From positions 1-11,154 of the forward strand of contig JBBQPO010000207.1 in NCBI GenBank assembly GCA_038217285.1: DNA of 11,154 nt. Reading direction: 5' to 3'. The notes under the pieces are model-generated. The model was not told the DNA's origin. It made no database searches and saw only the letters and a program-made list of their open reading frames with translations. Of this stretch, positions 1 through 6,826 are shown one piece after another. Positions within the stretch are counted from its first letter, which is position 1. Each line of letters opens with the position of its first letter. This DNA is from Chthonomonadales bacterium (GTDB taxonomy: Bacteria; Armatimonadota; Chthonomonadetes; Chthonomonadales; Chthonomonadaceae). A program made the translations under genes and the position numbers.

Positions 1-843
1 CTGCGTGAGCCATTCTTCCAACCCACTCCACGACTGATATTTGTGGTTACACTTCGCAGAGGAAATCACTTCCAACGTGTTGGGACGTTCCCTGATTCTT
101 TGCTTGAATTCTGTATAAGCACTGTTGCTGTCGCCCAAATCTCTGTTCAAGTAAACAATGAACGTGTCATCTGCGCGGGCTTGAAGAGAAATACGCTGGA
201 CGCAATCCACCCATTTGCCCACTTCTTCAGTGACCCCTCCTTGCTCCCAAAAGTAGGAAAAATAAAAAACGAGTGTTCCTCCGTCTTTGACCGGGCAATC
301 CACTTGCTCAATCCAGTGCGGATTTTTGATGTCAGGGTAGCATCCTCGAAAATGATCTCCAAAGAGATCATCTTGGTTTTGCTTTCTGTTGAAATTCAAG
401 GCGATGTCCGTCATAAAAGAATGGATGTCACACCCCAGATAATCAAGCTCAAGCCGTTTTTTTGCAGGTAAACTTTGCTGGAAATCCGCGAGAGCCATAC
501 ACGCGGTCATCGGACCGCAGCCGACATCAATCATCAAAACATTCGAGGGCTTTTGATAGATGTACGGCTTGAAAAATGTCTGATACTCGCGCTCAATCAC
601 CTTTTTGTTTCCGTCCAGATGCATAGGCATATAGATATAGCTGTATAACAACGCAAGCGCACGGGTTTCGCAAGGAGTTCGTGCGTACCCCAGTATTCTC
701 ATGCGGATATAATGATCGAACGACGAAAATTCGGTTCTGCTTTGCTGGTAGGCGACAAGATAGTGATTGACTTCTTGATTGATTTCTTCGTCCTCACGGA
801 ACGGCTTCAACACAATATCACGGAACGCTTCCTGATATCCCAC
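1..843 (-). CDS. Class I SAM-dependent methyltransferase-fold protein, 3' end outside the window (partial)
   Basis: Manually translated, stop-free minus-strand frame absent from the ORF track. GTG at 843 is preceded by AGGAG. Protein begins MGYQEAFRDIVLKPF and contains LLYSYIYMPMHL, SAM motif I VLMIDVGCGPMT and the beta-2 acidic motif LDYLGCDIH. The frame stays open upstream to 1191, so the start is not certain. Sampled 60-nt lines are 37-50% GC. Confidence 0.8.
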   Translation of the reverse strand, partial: MGYQEAFRDIVLKPFREDEEINQEVNHYLVAYQQSRTEFSSFDHYIRMRILGYARTPCETRALALLYSYIYMPMHLDGNKKVIEREYQTFFKPYIYQKPSNVLMIDVGCGPMTACMALADFQQSLPAKKRLELDYLGCDIHSFMTDIALNFNRKQNQDDLFGDHFRGCYPDIKNPHWIEQVDCPVKDGGTLVFYFSYFWEQGGVTEEVGKWVDCVQRISLQARADDTFIVYLNRDLGDSNSAYTEFKQRIRERPNTLEVISSAKCNHKYQSWSGLEEWLTQ

Positions 844-974
844 TTTATTCTCCTGCTGCCACGCCTCCGAGATGTCGAGCAGCCCATACACCTTCGCCTG
901 AATGTTGGGCAGCGGCAAGTATGCGTGTAAAAAACCCCACATTGGCAAATCGCTGCCCTGATGCCCGGAAAATG

Positions 975-1169
975 TCACGTAATCGGTCGTTTGCGTGACT
1001 CTTCCGTCTTGAACACGAGGCCGTTGTTGTCCTCGATCGCTTGCCGCAGCAGAGCATCGTGGCGCGCGAGGGCGAGGCGCATGTCGTCGGGATGGGCGTC
1101 CCAGAGTTTGGTGCTGCCTTCGATGTCGGTAAAGAGAAAGGTGATGGTTCCTGTGGGAAGAACGGGCAT
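975..1169 (-). pseudogene. Truncated class III adenylate/guanylate cyclase N-terminus (type usually fused to ATPase/TPR domains)
   Basis: MPVLPTGTITFLFTDIEGSTKLWDAHPDDMRLALARHDALLRQAIEDNNGLVFKTE, with a GGAG RBS before the ATG at 1169. Family resemblance ends just before the expected GD motif, and TGA follows at 977-975. Confidence 0.85.
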
Positions 1170-1212
1170 TGCCAAACTCCAACGCAAGGTCTTAACGAGG
1201 GTACGCGGATAG

Positions 1213-1239
1213 ATTCACCGTCTTTTCCAGAATCCCTGC
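1213..1239 (-). promoter_or_regulatory. Putative sigma-H-like promoter for the cyclase remnant
   Basis: Minus strand GCAGGG-N17-GAAT, 43 nt upstream of the ATG at 1169. Confidence 0.5.
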
Positions 1240-1347
1240 ACGAGGGCGAAGGTGAGGAAAGGAAGGGCTCTGTTTCTGTCGGGTAAAACCAGTTCAAGAG
1301 ACTGCTTTTCAGTCCTAACAACGTCTGATAACCTCATTTATGCTCGC

Positions 1348-1376
1348 CAGGGCTGAAGCAGTTGCCTCCAGCCCTG
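1348..1376 (-). terminator. Stem-loop downstream of the hyi-like gene; possible terminator
   Basis: Perfect 8-bp inverted repeat CAGGGCTG...CAGCCCTG with further inner pairing, 15 nt past the stop at 1392. No clear U-tract. Confidence 0.45.
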
Positions 1377-1391
1377 TGGCCTCTCCCGATA

Positions 1392-2150
1392 TTACACGTC
1401 ACAGATGCGGTAGGCCATCTCTAAGCTGATGGAGGCGTCTTTAAGGGGACTGAACTCCTGGCCGACGTACCCGTCATAGTTGGTAGCGGCGATTGCCCGC
1501 ATGATAGCCGGGTAGAAGAGTTCCTGGCTCTCGTCGATTTCGTTGCGACCGGGATTTCCGGCGGTGTGGAAATGGCCGATGTGTTTGATGTTGTTGCGGA
1601 GAGTGCGGATGACGTCGCCTTCCATGATCTGCATGTGGTAGATGTCGTAGAGGAGTTTGACGCGGGGGGAATCGACGGCTTCGCAGGCAGCGACGCCCCA
1701 GGCCGTATGGTCGCACTGGTAGTCGGGATGGTCTACTTTGGAGTTCAGGAGTTCCATGACGAGGGTCACACCGGCGCTCTCAGCGGCCTTTTTGACCCGA
1801 TTCAGACCTTCGACAGTATGCTCCAGGCCGACCGCGTCCGGCAGGCCATTGCGGTTACCGCTGAAGACGATCAGGGCAGGAATGCCCCACTGCACGGCCT
1901 TGGCCAGATTGGCCTCGATCTCCGCTTCGATGCGGTCGTGATTCTCGCGCTTGTTCAGGCCATCGCCGAGGGACTGATGCCCGCCCATCGTGATGATCTT
2001 CAGACCGCCGTCCACGATCTGCGGCCAGAGATTTTCCGGCGCCATCTCGACCCCGGCATAGCCGATAGCGGCCGCGCGGCCGATCAACGCGTCGGCCTCC
2101 ATGTGGCGACCGAAACACCACCAGGCCAGGGACTGCCTTATCTTGCTCAT
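1392..2150 (-). CDS. hyi: Hydroxypyruvate isomerase family (xylose isomerase-like TIM barrel) protein, 252 aa
   Basis: Metal-binding motifs ELLNSKVDHPDYQCD, LLYDIYHMQIMEGD, HFHTAGNPGRNE and GQEF. Start moved to ATG 2150 (MSKIRQS) after an AAAGGAG RBS. True substrate uncertain. Confidence 0.88.
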   Translation of the reverse strand: MSKIRQSLAWWCFGRHMEADALIGRAAAIGYAGVEMAPENLWPQIVDGGLKIITMGGHQSLGDGLNKRENHDRIEAEIEANLAKAVQWGIPALIVFSGNRNGLPDAVGLEHTVEGLNRVKKAAESAGVTLVMELLNSKVDHPDYQCDHTAWGVAACEAVDSPRVKLLYDIYHMQIMEGDVIRTLRNNIKHIGHFHTAGNPGRNEIDESQELFYPAIMRAIAATNYDGYVGQEFSPLKDASISLEMAYRICDV

Positions 2151-2246
2151 CGTCTTGTTTTCTCCTTTGAAGGGTTCCAGGCTCCTCGGCAGGCGCGAAG
2201 ACACCGAAGTGGACGCCGCAGGACGTCGCGCGATACACAAGCGCTT

Positions 2247-2274
2247 TTTCGCGAACTCTTGCCGGATCTCCTGC
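2247..2274 (-). promoter_or_regulatory. Putative sigma-H-like promoter for the hyi-like gene
   Basis: Minus strand GCAGGA-N18-GAAA. Confidence 0.5.
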
Positions 2275-2364
2275 TCTCGGCGCTACCCGTTCGCTTCGCC
2301 CCCGAAGTGGCGTACAAGCATAAATTTCAACTGGGCAGAGGGCCAAATCAGGCGTCTGTGCCGC

Positions 2365-2394
2365 TTGACAGTTGCGAACCGGATAGCCTATAAT
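2365..2394 (+). promoter_or_regulatory. Sigma-70/sigma-A promoter for rpoN
   Basis: TTGACA (2365-2370), 18-nt spacer, TATAAT (2389-2394). Both hexamers are perfect consensus and lie 57 nt upstream of the GTG start. Confidence 0.8.
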
Positions 2395-2451
2395 GAATCT
2401 GCTCTCTTTTTATATGGTGCTGCGTGCGTCTCGAGATCGAGGTTTACGGTC

Positions 2452-3900
2452 GTGCTGCTCCAAAACGATCAACGTCAGGTTATTACTCAGCGGATCGATC
2501 CCAAGATTATCATGGCGAATTCGATCCTTCAGCTTACGTCGATGGAACTGGTACAGTCCGTCGAAAGCGAACTGCTGGAAAATCCGGCCCTGGATACTCT
2601 GGACGATTCTCCCTGCTCCGGCGACTGCATCGATCCCACCAACTGCCCCTACTGCTCCGCGCGACGCCTCCGCGACGCCGACGCCGACCCGCGTTCCGAA
2701 ACCCCCGACTCCGGTGAACAGGAGACCGAATACGAACTCTTCGGATTTCAGACCGCCGAAGCCGAAGAAGAGTACGATTTCGTCGCCAATCTCGAAGCCG
2801 AACTGACCTTTCAGGAGCACCTGCGCGCGCTGATGCGCAATGTCGTGCCCGCCGAAGAGTACTGGATGGCCGAGTATCTCATCAACAGCCTCAATGAACG
2901 CGGCTGGCTGGATGCCGACCTCGACGAGATGGCGGCAGAGATGGGCGTTTCCCCTTCCGACCTGTGTCGGCTGCTCGACCTGCTGCAGACGTGCGACCCG
3001 CCGGGCGTGGGCGCGCGCAACCTGCAGGAGTGTCTGGCCATCCAACTCCGCTACCTGCTGGACGAAGATATCGACGCCGGCAAAAAGCACCTGATCACCT
3101 TCGCCCAAAAGATGGTGACCGAGCACTTCGATCATGTCACCGGACAGCGTCATCTGAAGCTGGCGCGTGCCGTCGGCTGCACGGTCGAGGAGGCGAAACA
3201 GGCGTTGGAGTATATCAGCGCCCGACTCAACCCCTCTCCCGCCAGCCAGTTCCGTCCGCCCTGGGCCTATCGCCCTAACAACAGCACCTCCTCCGTACGC
3301 CCGGACGTCCGGGTGCGACGCACCGAGATCGGTTATGATGTGGAGGTGGGAGGGGCCGATACGTTTTCTCTCTGCGTGAACCCGCAGTATCGCGCGACCT
3401 ACGCCCAGATCAAAAGTGGGAAAGGGCACTATTCCGAAGAGGATCGAAAGAACGTCACGGAGTATGTGGAGCGCGCGGAGATGTTCATTCGCAACCTCAA
3501 CCAGCGGCGGCAGTCCCTGCGGCTGATCACCCACTGCATTATCGAATATCAGATCGGGTTCCTGGAGACCGGATCGCGGCAGTTCCTGCGTCCTCTGACC
3601 CGCACACAGATCGCCCGACACCTCGATCTGCACGAGTCGACCGTGAGCCGCGCCACAGCCAACAAGTTCCTCCAGCTTCCCAATCAGGAAGTGATCAGTT
3701 TCAACCTCTTCTTCAACTCTTCTCTCTCCGTCAAAGACGCCATCGAGGAGATCATCCAGGAGGAAGACCCGGCCCATCCGCTCTCGGACCAGCAGATCGT
3801 AACCCTGCTTCTCGAAAAGGGCATCCATGTCGCCCGCCGCACCGTCGTGAAGTACCGCGAGTCCCAGAAGATCCTCTCCTCCACGCGCCGCCGCCGGTAG
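2452..3900 (+). CDS. rpoN: RNA polymerase sigma-54 factor, 482 aa
   Basis: Region I-like ILQLTSMELVQSVESELLENPALD, core-binding DPPGVGARNLQECL, HTH region LHESTVSRATANK and RpoN box ARRTVVKYRE. GTG at 2452 with GAGG upstream, downstream of the sigma-70 promoter. Confidence 0.96.
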   Translation: MLLQNDQRQVITQRIDPKIIMANSILQLTSMELVQSVESELLENPALDTLDDSPCSGDCIDPTNCPYCSARRLRDADADPRSETPDSGEQETEYELFGFQTAEAEEEYDFVANLEAELTFQEHLRALMRNVVPAEEYWMAEYLINSLNERGWLDADLDEMAAEMGVSPSDLCRLLDLLQTCDPPGVGARNLQECLAIQLRYLLDEDIDAGKKHLITFAQKMVTEHFDHVTGQRHLKLARAVGCTVEEAKQALEYISARLNPSPASQFRPPWAYRPNNSTSSVRPDVRVRRTEIGYDVEVGGADTFSLCVNPQYRATYAQIKSGKGHYSEEDRKNVTEYVERAEMFIRNLNQRRQSLRLITHCIIEYQIGFLETGSRQFLRPLTRTQIARHLDLHESTVSRATANKFLQLPNQEVISFNLFFNSSLSVKDAIEEIIQEEDPAHPLSDQQIVTLLLEKGIHVARRTVVKYRESQKILSSTRRRR

Positions 3901-3901
3901 G

Positions 3902-3927
3902 AAATCCTCCGAAGGAAAGGAGGATTT
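3902..3927 (+). promoter_or_regulatory. Hairpin sequestering a Shine-Dalgarno sequence
   Basis: AAATCCTCC (3902-3910) pairs perfectly with GGAGGATTT (3919-3927), which contains the SD core. Confidence 0.55.
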
Positions 3928-3930
3928 GGA

Positions 3931-4044
3931 ATGCCGCAAAGCGGCGACTTCTTAAAGAAGGAAGGGATACGAACAGGAAGGCAGGAAATCCCCGAGGGAA
4001 TAGGGGTTTCGGGGCTGAGGGTGACTCCGGCGACCGTCGCCTGA
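3931..4044 (+). CDS. Candidate small protein, 37 aa (MPQSGDFLKKEGIRTGRQEIPEGIGVSGLRVTPATVA)
   Basis: AAAGGAGG at 3916-3923, 7-nt spacer, ATG at 3931, TGA at 4042-4044. Lies between rpoN and the terminator. No family recognised. Confidence 0.4.
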   Translation: MPQSGDFLKKEGIRTGRQEIPEGIGVSGLRVTPATVA

Positions 4045-4071
4045 TGCAGACCAGCACGACATCGTAAGCAA

Positions 4072-4111
4072 AGCCCCGGAGGAGCGTTCGCTCTTCCAGG
4101 GCTCCGTTTTT
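4072..4111. terminator. Intrinsic terminator, probably bidirectional
   Basis: AGCCCCGGAGGAGC-GTTC-GCTCTTCCAGGGCT stem, followed by CCGTTTTT on + and TTGCTT on -. Lies between convergent genes. Confidence 0.75.
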
Positions 4112-4120
4112 GCTCTCTCC

Positions 4121-4690
4121 TCAACCGGTGAGAGGCGGATCGAGATAAAGACCGATACCCCTCAGCGCCTCCGCAGTAACTGGAGGCGTAAGGTCGCGAA
4201 CTCGCCGCATAAATTCTCGCCCGGTGAGCCCAAGCGCGCCGAGCGCGCCGATCAATGCGACCTGTTCGTCCTCAGAGAGATCCCTTACTCGATCGACCAG
4301 TTCTCCCAGATCCGAAATCGCCTGTTGCGCCAGCGGATCGTTCAAATACGCAAGCTCGGCATTCTCCTTTCCGTATCGTTGTACGATATGCCAGCTGATC
4401 GCTTCCTCGATTACATCCAGAGCCAGCACGCGAGAGGACTCTGCGGCAAGCAACGGACGCACATGGTAAAACACAGCTTCCGGCGCCCGGACCGCCCACT
4501 CCTCTAAAAGGCGTGTGGCTTCATAGTCCCACTCGTTCCGGATACGTGGTCCCCACTCGCTCAGGTCCGGTGGGATGCGAACAAGATCGATGATGGTATC
4601 CAACCACGCGGCCGGTGCCTCCTGTACCCACTTCGTTCGGTACTCTTCTCGCTCGTCCCAGTCCGTAAATGGCCCGAAGATGTCGCCCAT
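4121..4690 (-). CDS. Hypothetical alpha-helical (HEAT/ARM-like) protein, 189 aa; possibly 5'-damaged
   Basis: Acidic, Trp-containing sequence with amphipathic helices (LALDVIEEAI, ALIGALGALG), ending at the terminator. The best RBS lies upstream of an in-frame TGA. Confidence 0.65.
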   Translation of the reverse strand: MGDIFGPFTDWDEREEYRTKWVQEAPAAWLDTIIDLVRIPPDLSEWGPRIRNEWDYEATRLLEEWAVRAPEAVFYHVRPLLAAESSRVLALDVIEEAISWHIVQRYGKENAELAYLNDPLAQQAISDLGELVDRVRDLSEDEQVALIGALGALGLTGREFMRRVRDLTPPVTAEALRGIGLYLDPPLTG

Positions 4691-4693
4691 CGA

Positions 4694-4911
4694 TCAATCG
4701 GTCACCACCATCAACCCGCTCCTGGCCCAGGCTTCGACCGGCGAGAACGGGCTCGCCATGTCCACAAGCAGATCGGTCACCAGCTTCCGAATGCGACCGT
4801 CATCCTCATCGGTCACGTGCACCGCCTTCCTATCGCGGGGCAGGGAATGATAATTGTCCTCATATCACCATCCTTCCTCGATCATTTCATACACATTCCG
4901 GGTGAACTTGT
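4694..4911 (-). pseudogene. Protein-like fragment in frame with the 189-aa ORF, interrupted by TGA codons
   Basis: Frame reads NKFTRNVYEMIEEGW*YEDNYHSLPRDRKAVHVTDEDDGRIRKLVTDLLVDMASPFSPVEAWARSGLMVVTD*SMGDIF, with TGA at 4867-4865 and 4696-4694. Confidence 0.35.
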
Positions 4912-5880
4912 TCAGGGGGCGAGGGCGGTGTCGATGGCCTGGAGGATCTCGGGGGTGAGCGACTTTCCGACCGCACCGGCGTTGTCGTTGACCTGATCGG
5001 GGCGGCTCGCGCCGATGATGACGCTGGAGACGTTCTTCTGGCGCAGACACCAGGCGAGCGCCAACTGCGCCATGCTCAGTCCGAGTTCCGCAGCGATCGG
5101 TTTGAGTTTCTGAATCCGCTCCAGTACGGCGGAGTCGAGCTCACCGCGATTGAGGAACATATTCTGTTTGGGGTCCGCGGCGCGGCTGTCCGTGGGCGGA
5201 GGCTGGCCCGGCGTGTACTTACCGGTCAGCAGACCTTGCGCGAGCGGTGAGTAGACGATCTGGCCGATGCCTTCGCGCTCGCAGAGCGGGATGATCTCTT
5301 TCTCGATGCCGCGACTCAGCAGATTGTAGTCCGGCTGACTGGAGACAAACCGGTCCAGGTGACGCGCGCGTTGCAGGGCGAGCGCCTCCGCGATCTGCGC
5401 GGGCGACCATTGGCTGAACCCGATGTAGAGCACCTTGCCCTGCGTGACCAGATCGTCGAGGGCGGAGAGCGTCTCTTCCAGCGGGGTCTCGGTGTCGTAA
5501 CGGTGGCACTGGTAGAGATCGATGTAGTCCAGTCCCATACGCTTGAGACTGGCCTCGCACTGCTCCATGATGTGCTTGCGCGAGAGCCCCTTGTTGTTGG
5601 GCATCGGCCCATCGTTCATCTGGAAGAAGACTTTGGTCGCGACCACGTAAGAGTCGCGCGGGAACTTGCTCAGCCCGCGTCCCACGACCTCTTCGCTCTT
5701 GCCCCGTGCATAGACATTCGCGGTATCGAAGAAGTTGATCCCCTGCTCATACGCCCGGTCGATACAGTTTATCGCAGTCTCGTCCTCGGTCGCGTTACCA
5801 AATGTCAGCCAGCTCCCCAGGCAAATTTCAGAAACCTTCACACCACTGTTGCCCAGTCGGCGATACTTCATCTCTGTCAT
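4912..5880 (-). CDS. Aldo/keto reductase (Kv-beta/Tas-like), 322 aa
   Basis: GINFFDTANVY (catalytic D and Y), VATKV, YIDLYQCH, QPDYNLL, YSPLAQGLLTGKY, IIGAS. ATG at 5880 after AAGGAG. Confidence 0.95.
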   Translation of the reverse strand: MTEMKYRRLGNSGVKVSEICLGSWLTFGNATEDETAINCIDRAYEQGINFFDTANVYARGKSEEVVGRGLSKFPRDSYVVATKVFFQMNDGPMPNNKGLSRKHIMEQCEASLKRMGLDYIDLYQCHRYDTETPLEETLSALDDLVTQGKVLYIGFSQWSPAQIAEALALQRARHLDRFVSSQPDYNLLSRGIEKEIIPLCEREGIGQIVYSPLAQGLLTGKYTPGQPPPTDSRAADPKQNMFLNRGELDSAVLERIQKLKPIAAELGLSMAQLALAWCLRQKNVSSVIIGASRPDQVNDNAGAVGKSLTPEILQAIDTALAP

Positions 5881-5970
5881 CGGTTCTCCTTTGCGTCCTA
5901 AATTGGAATTGCAAACCGAGTTGACTACGTCCGACAAGCCCTGTTAGTTGCCTGAATGGTAATAGAAGTT

Positions 5971-6819
5971 CTACCGATAAGGATAGAGGCCGAAGCGCAG
6001 GAGGAGCCAGGCGCAGAGAACGCCGACGGCGCTGGCGAGGAAGTTGACGACATCGTTGTTGATCCAGCGGAAGCCACGGAGGAGTGTGTGGGGCCGGTCG
6101 GCGGTGCGCGGCTGTTCGGTCGATTGGCCGGTCAGGGGATCGCGATAGAGGGCCTGCAGGCTCGCGCCCAGGACACTGTCGAAGAGGCTGCCCAGAAACC
6201 CGGCCCAGACGACCACGACAAACTCCGCCGCATTCAGTCGCCAGACGACCCATCCGGCCAGGGTGACGACAACGCTGCCGACAAGCGCCGCGAAGACCCC
6301 CAGCCCGGTGATCGCGCCGGAGGTGCCGGGCTCGACCCGTTTCCAGTTCGAGAGCAGACGCGGAGCCGATGCGGAGAGGCCGCCGATCTCCGTGGACCAG
6401 GTATCGGCGTTGACGGTGGCCAGCGCGGCGAGATAGAGCAGAAGCAGGTAGCGGGACGTTTCCAGCGGCCAGAGATGCCCGAGAGGCTGGAACAGCAGGG
6501 CGATCAGGGCGGCAGCGCCGCCGTTGGCCAGCACCTGCCCGGCGTCCCGCGTTGCGCCTTTCAAGGCCGTGGCGTCCGCCCCGGCCTTACGGCGGCGTCC
6601 CAGCCGAGACAGCAGGGAGGAGGTGCAGAAGAAGACCAACAGCGGGAAGAGGAACTTTCCGCCTCCCAACCCGAAAACAATAAAGCCGACGACCGCGGTC
6701 GCGAGCGCGCCGCTGCGGGTCAGCAGCTTCAGCCCGTAGGCGAGGAACGCAAAGCCGACGGCGAACAGCGCCGCCAGCCAGAGCTCCGGTTTAATAAGGT
6801 GAGGCAGAAGTGTACTCAT
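5971..6819 (-). CDS. DUF92/TMEM19 family integral membrane protein
   Basis: Motifs LTRSGA, RDAGQVLANGG, ADTWSTEIG, PGTSGAIT, GSLFDSVLGASLQ and NNDVVNF; multiple hydrophobic segments. Confidence 0.92.
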   Translation of the reverse strand: MSTLLPHLIKPELWLAALFAVGFAFLAYGLKLLTRSGALATAVVGFIVFGLGGGKFLFPLLVFFCTSSLLSRLGRRRKAGADATALKGATRDAGQVLANGGAAALIALLFQPLGHLWPLETSRYLLLLYLAALATVNADTWSTEIGGLSASAPRLLSNWKRVEPGTSGAITGLGVFAALVGSVVVTLAGWVVWRLNAAEFVVVVWAGFLGSLFDSVLGASLQALYRDPLTGQSTEQPRTADRPHTLLRGFRWINNDVVNFLASAVGVLCAWLLLRFGLYPYR

Positions 6820-6826
6820 TAAATGG

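Noticed and set aside
43-930. Plus-strand ORFs 43-471 and 712-930, and minus-strand ORF 147-371
   Set aside because: They overlap the motif-bearing methyltransferase frame and are best explained as shadows.
942-958. Sigma-54 promoter-like TTGGCAAATCGCTGC
   Set aside because: GG-to-GC spacing is 9 rather than the required 10, and no plus-strand gene follows. I found no convincing -24/-12 site in the intergenic regions I examined.
2101-2451. 599-aa version of RpoN from the ORF track
   Set aside because: The extension overlaps hyi and runs through the promoter. RpoN-like sequence starts at GTG 2452.
2410-3939. 509-aa antisense ORF, and similar long ORFs at 1566-2393, 5956-6822, 7232-7972, 8640-10070 and 9713-10957
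   Set aside because: Shadow frames opposite clearly identified genes, expected from high-GC codon bias, with no recognisable motifs.
4840-4868. GCAGGGAAT resembling the recurring -35 box
   Set aside because: No GAA at N17-18, and it points antisense into the aldo/keto reductase gene.
5910-5945. ACAGGG on the minus strand upstream of the aldo/keto reductase as a sixth promoter copy
   Set aside because: The downstream box reads CAACT at shorter spacing and does not fit the GAA pattern.
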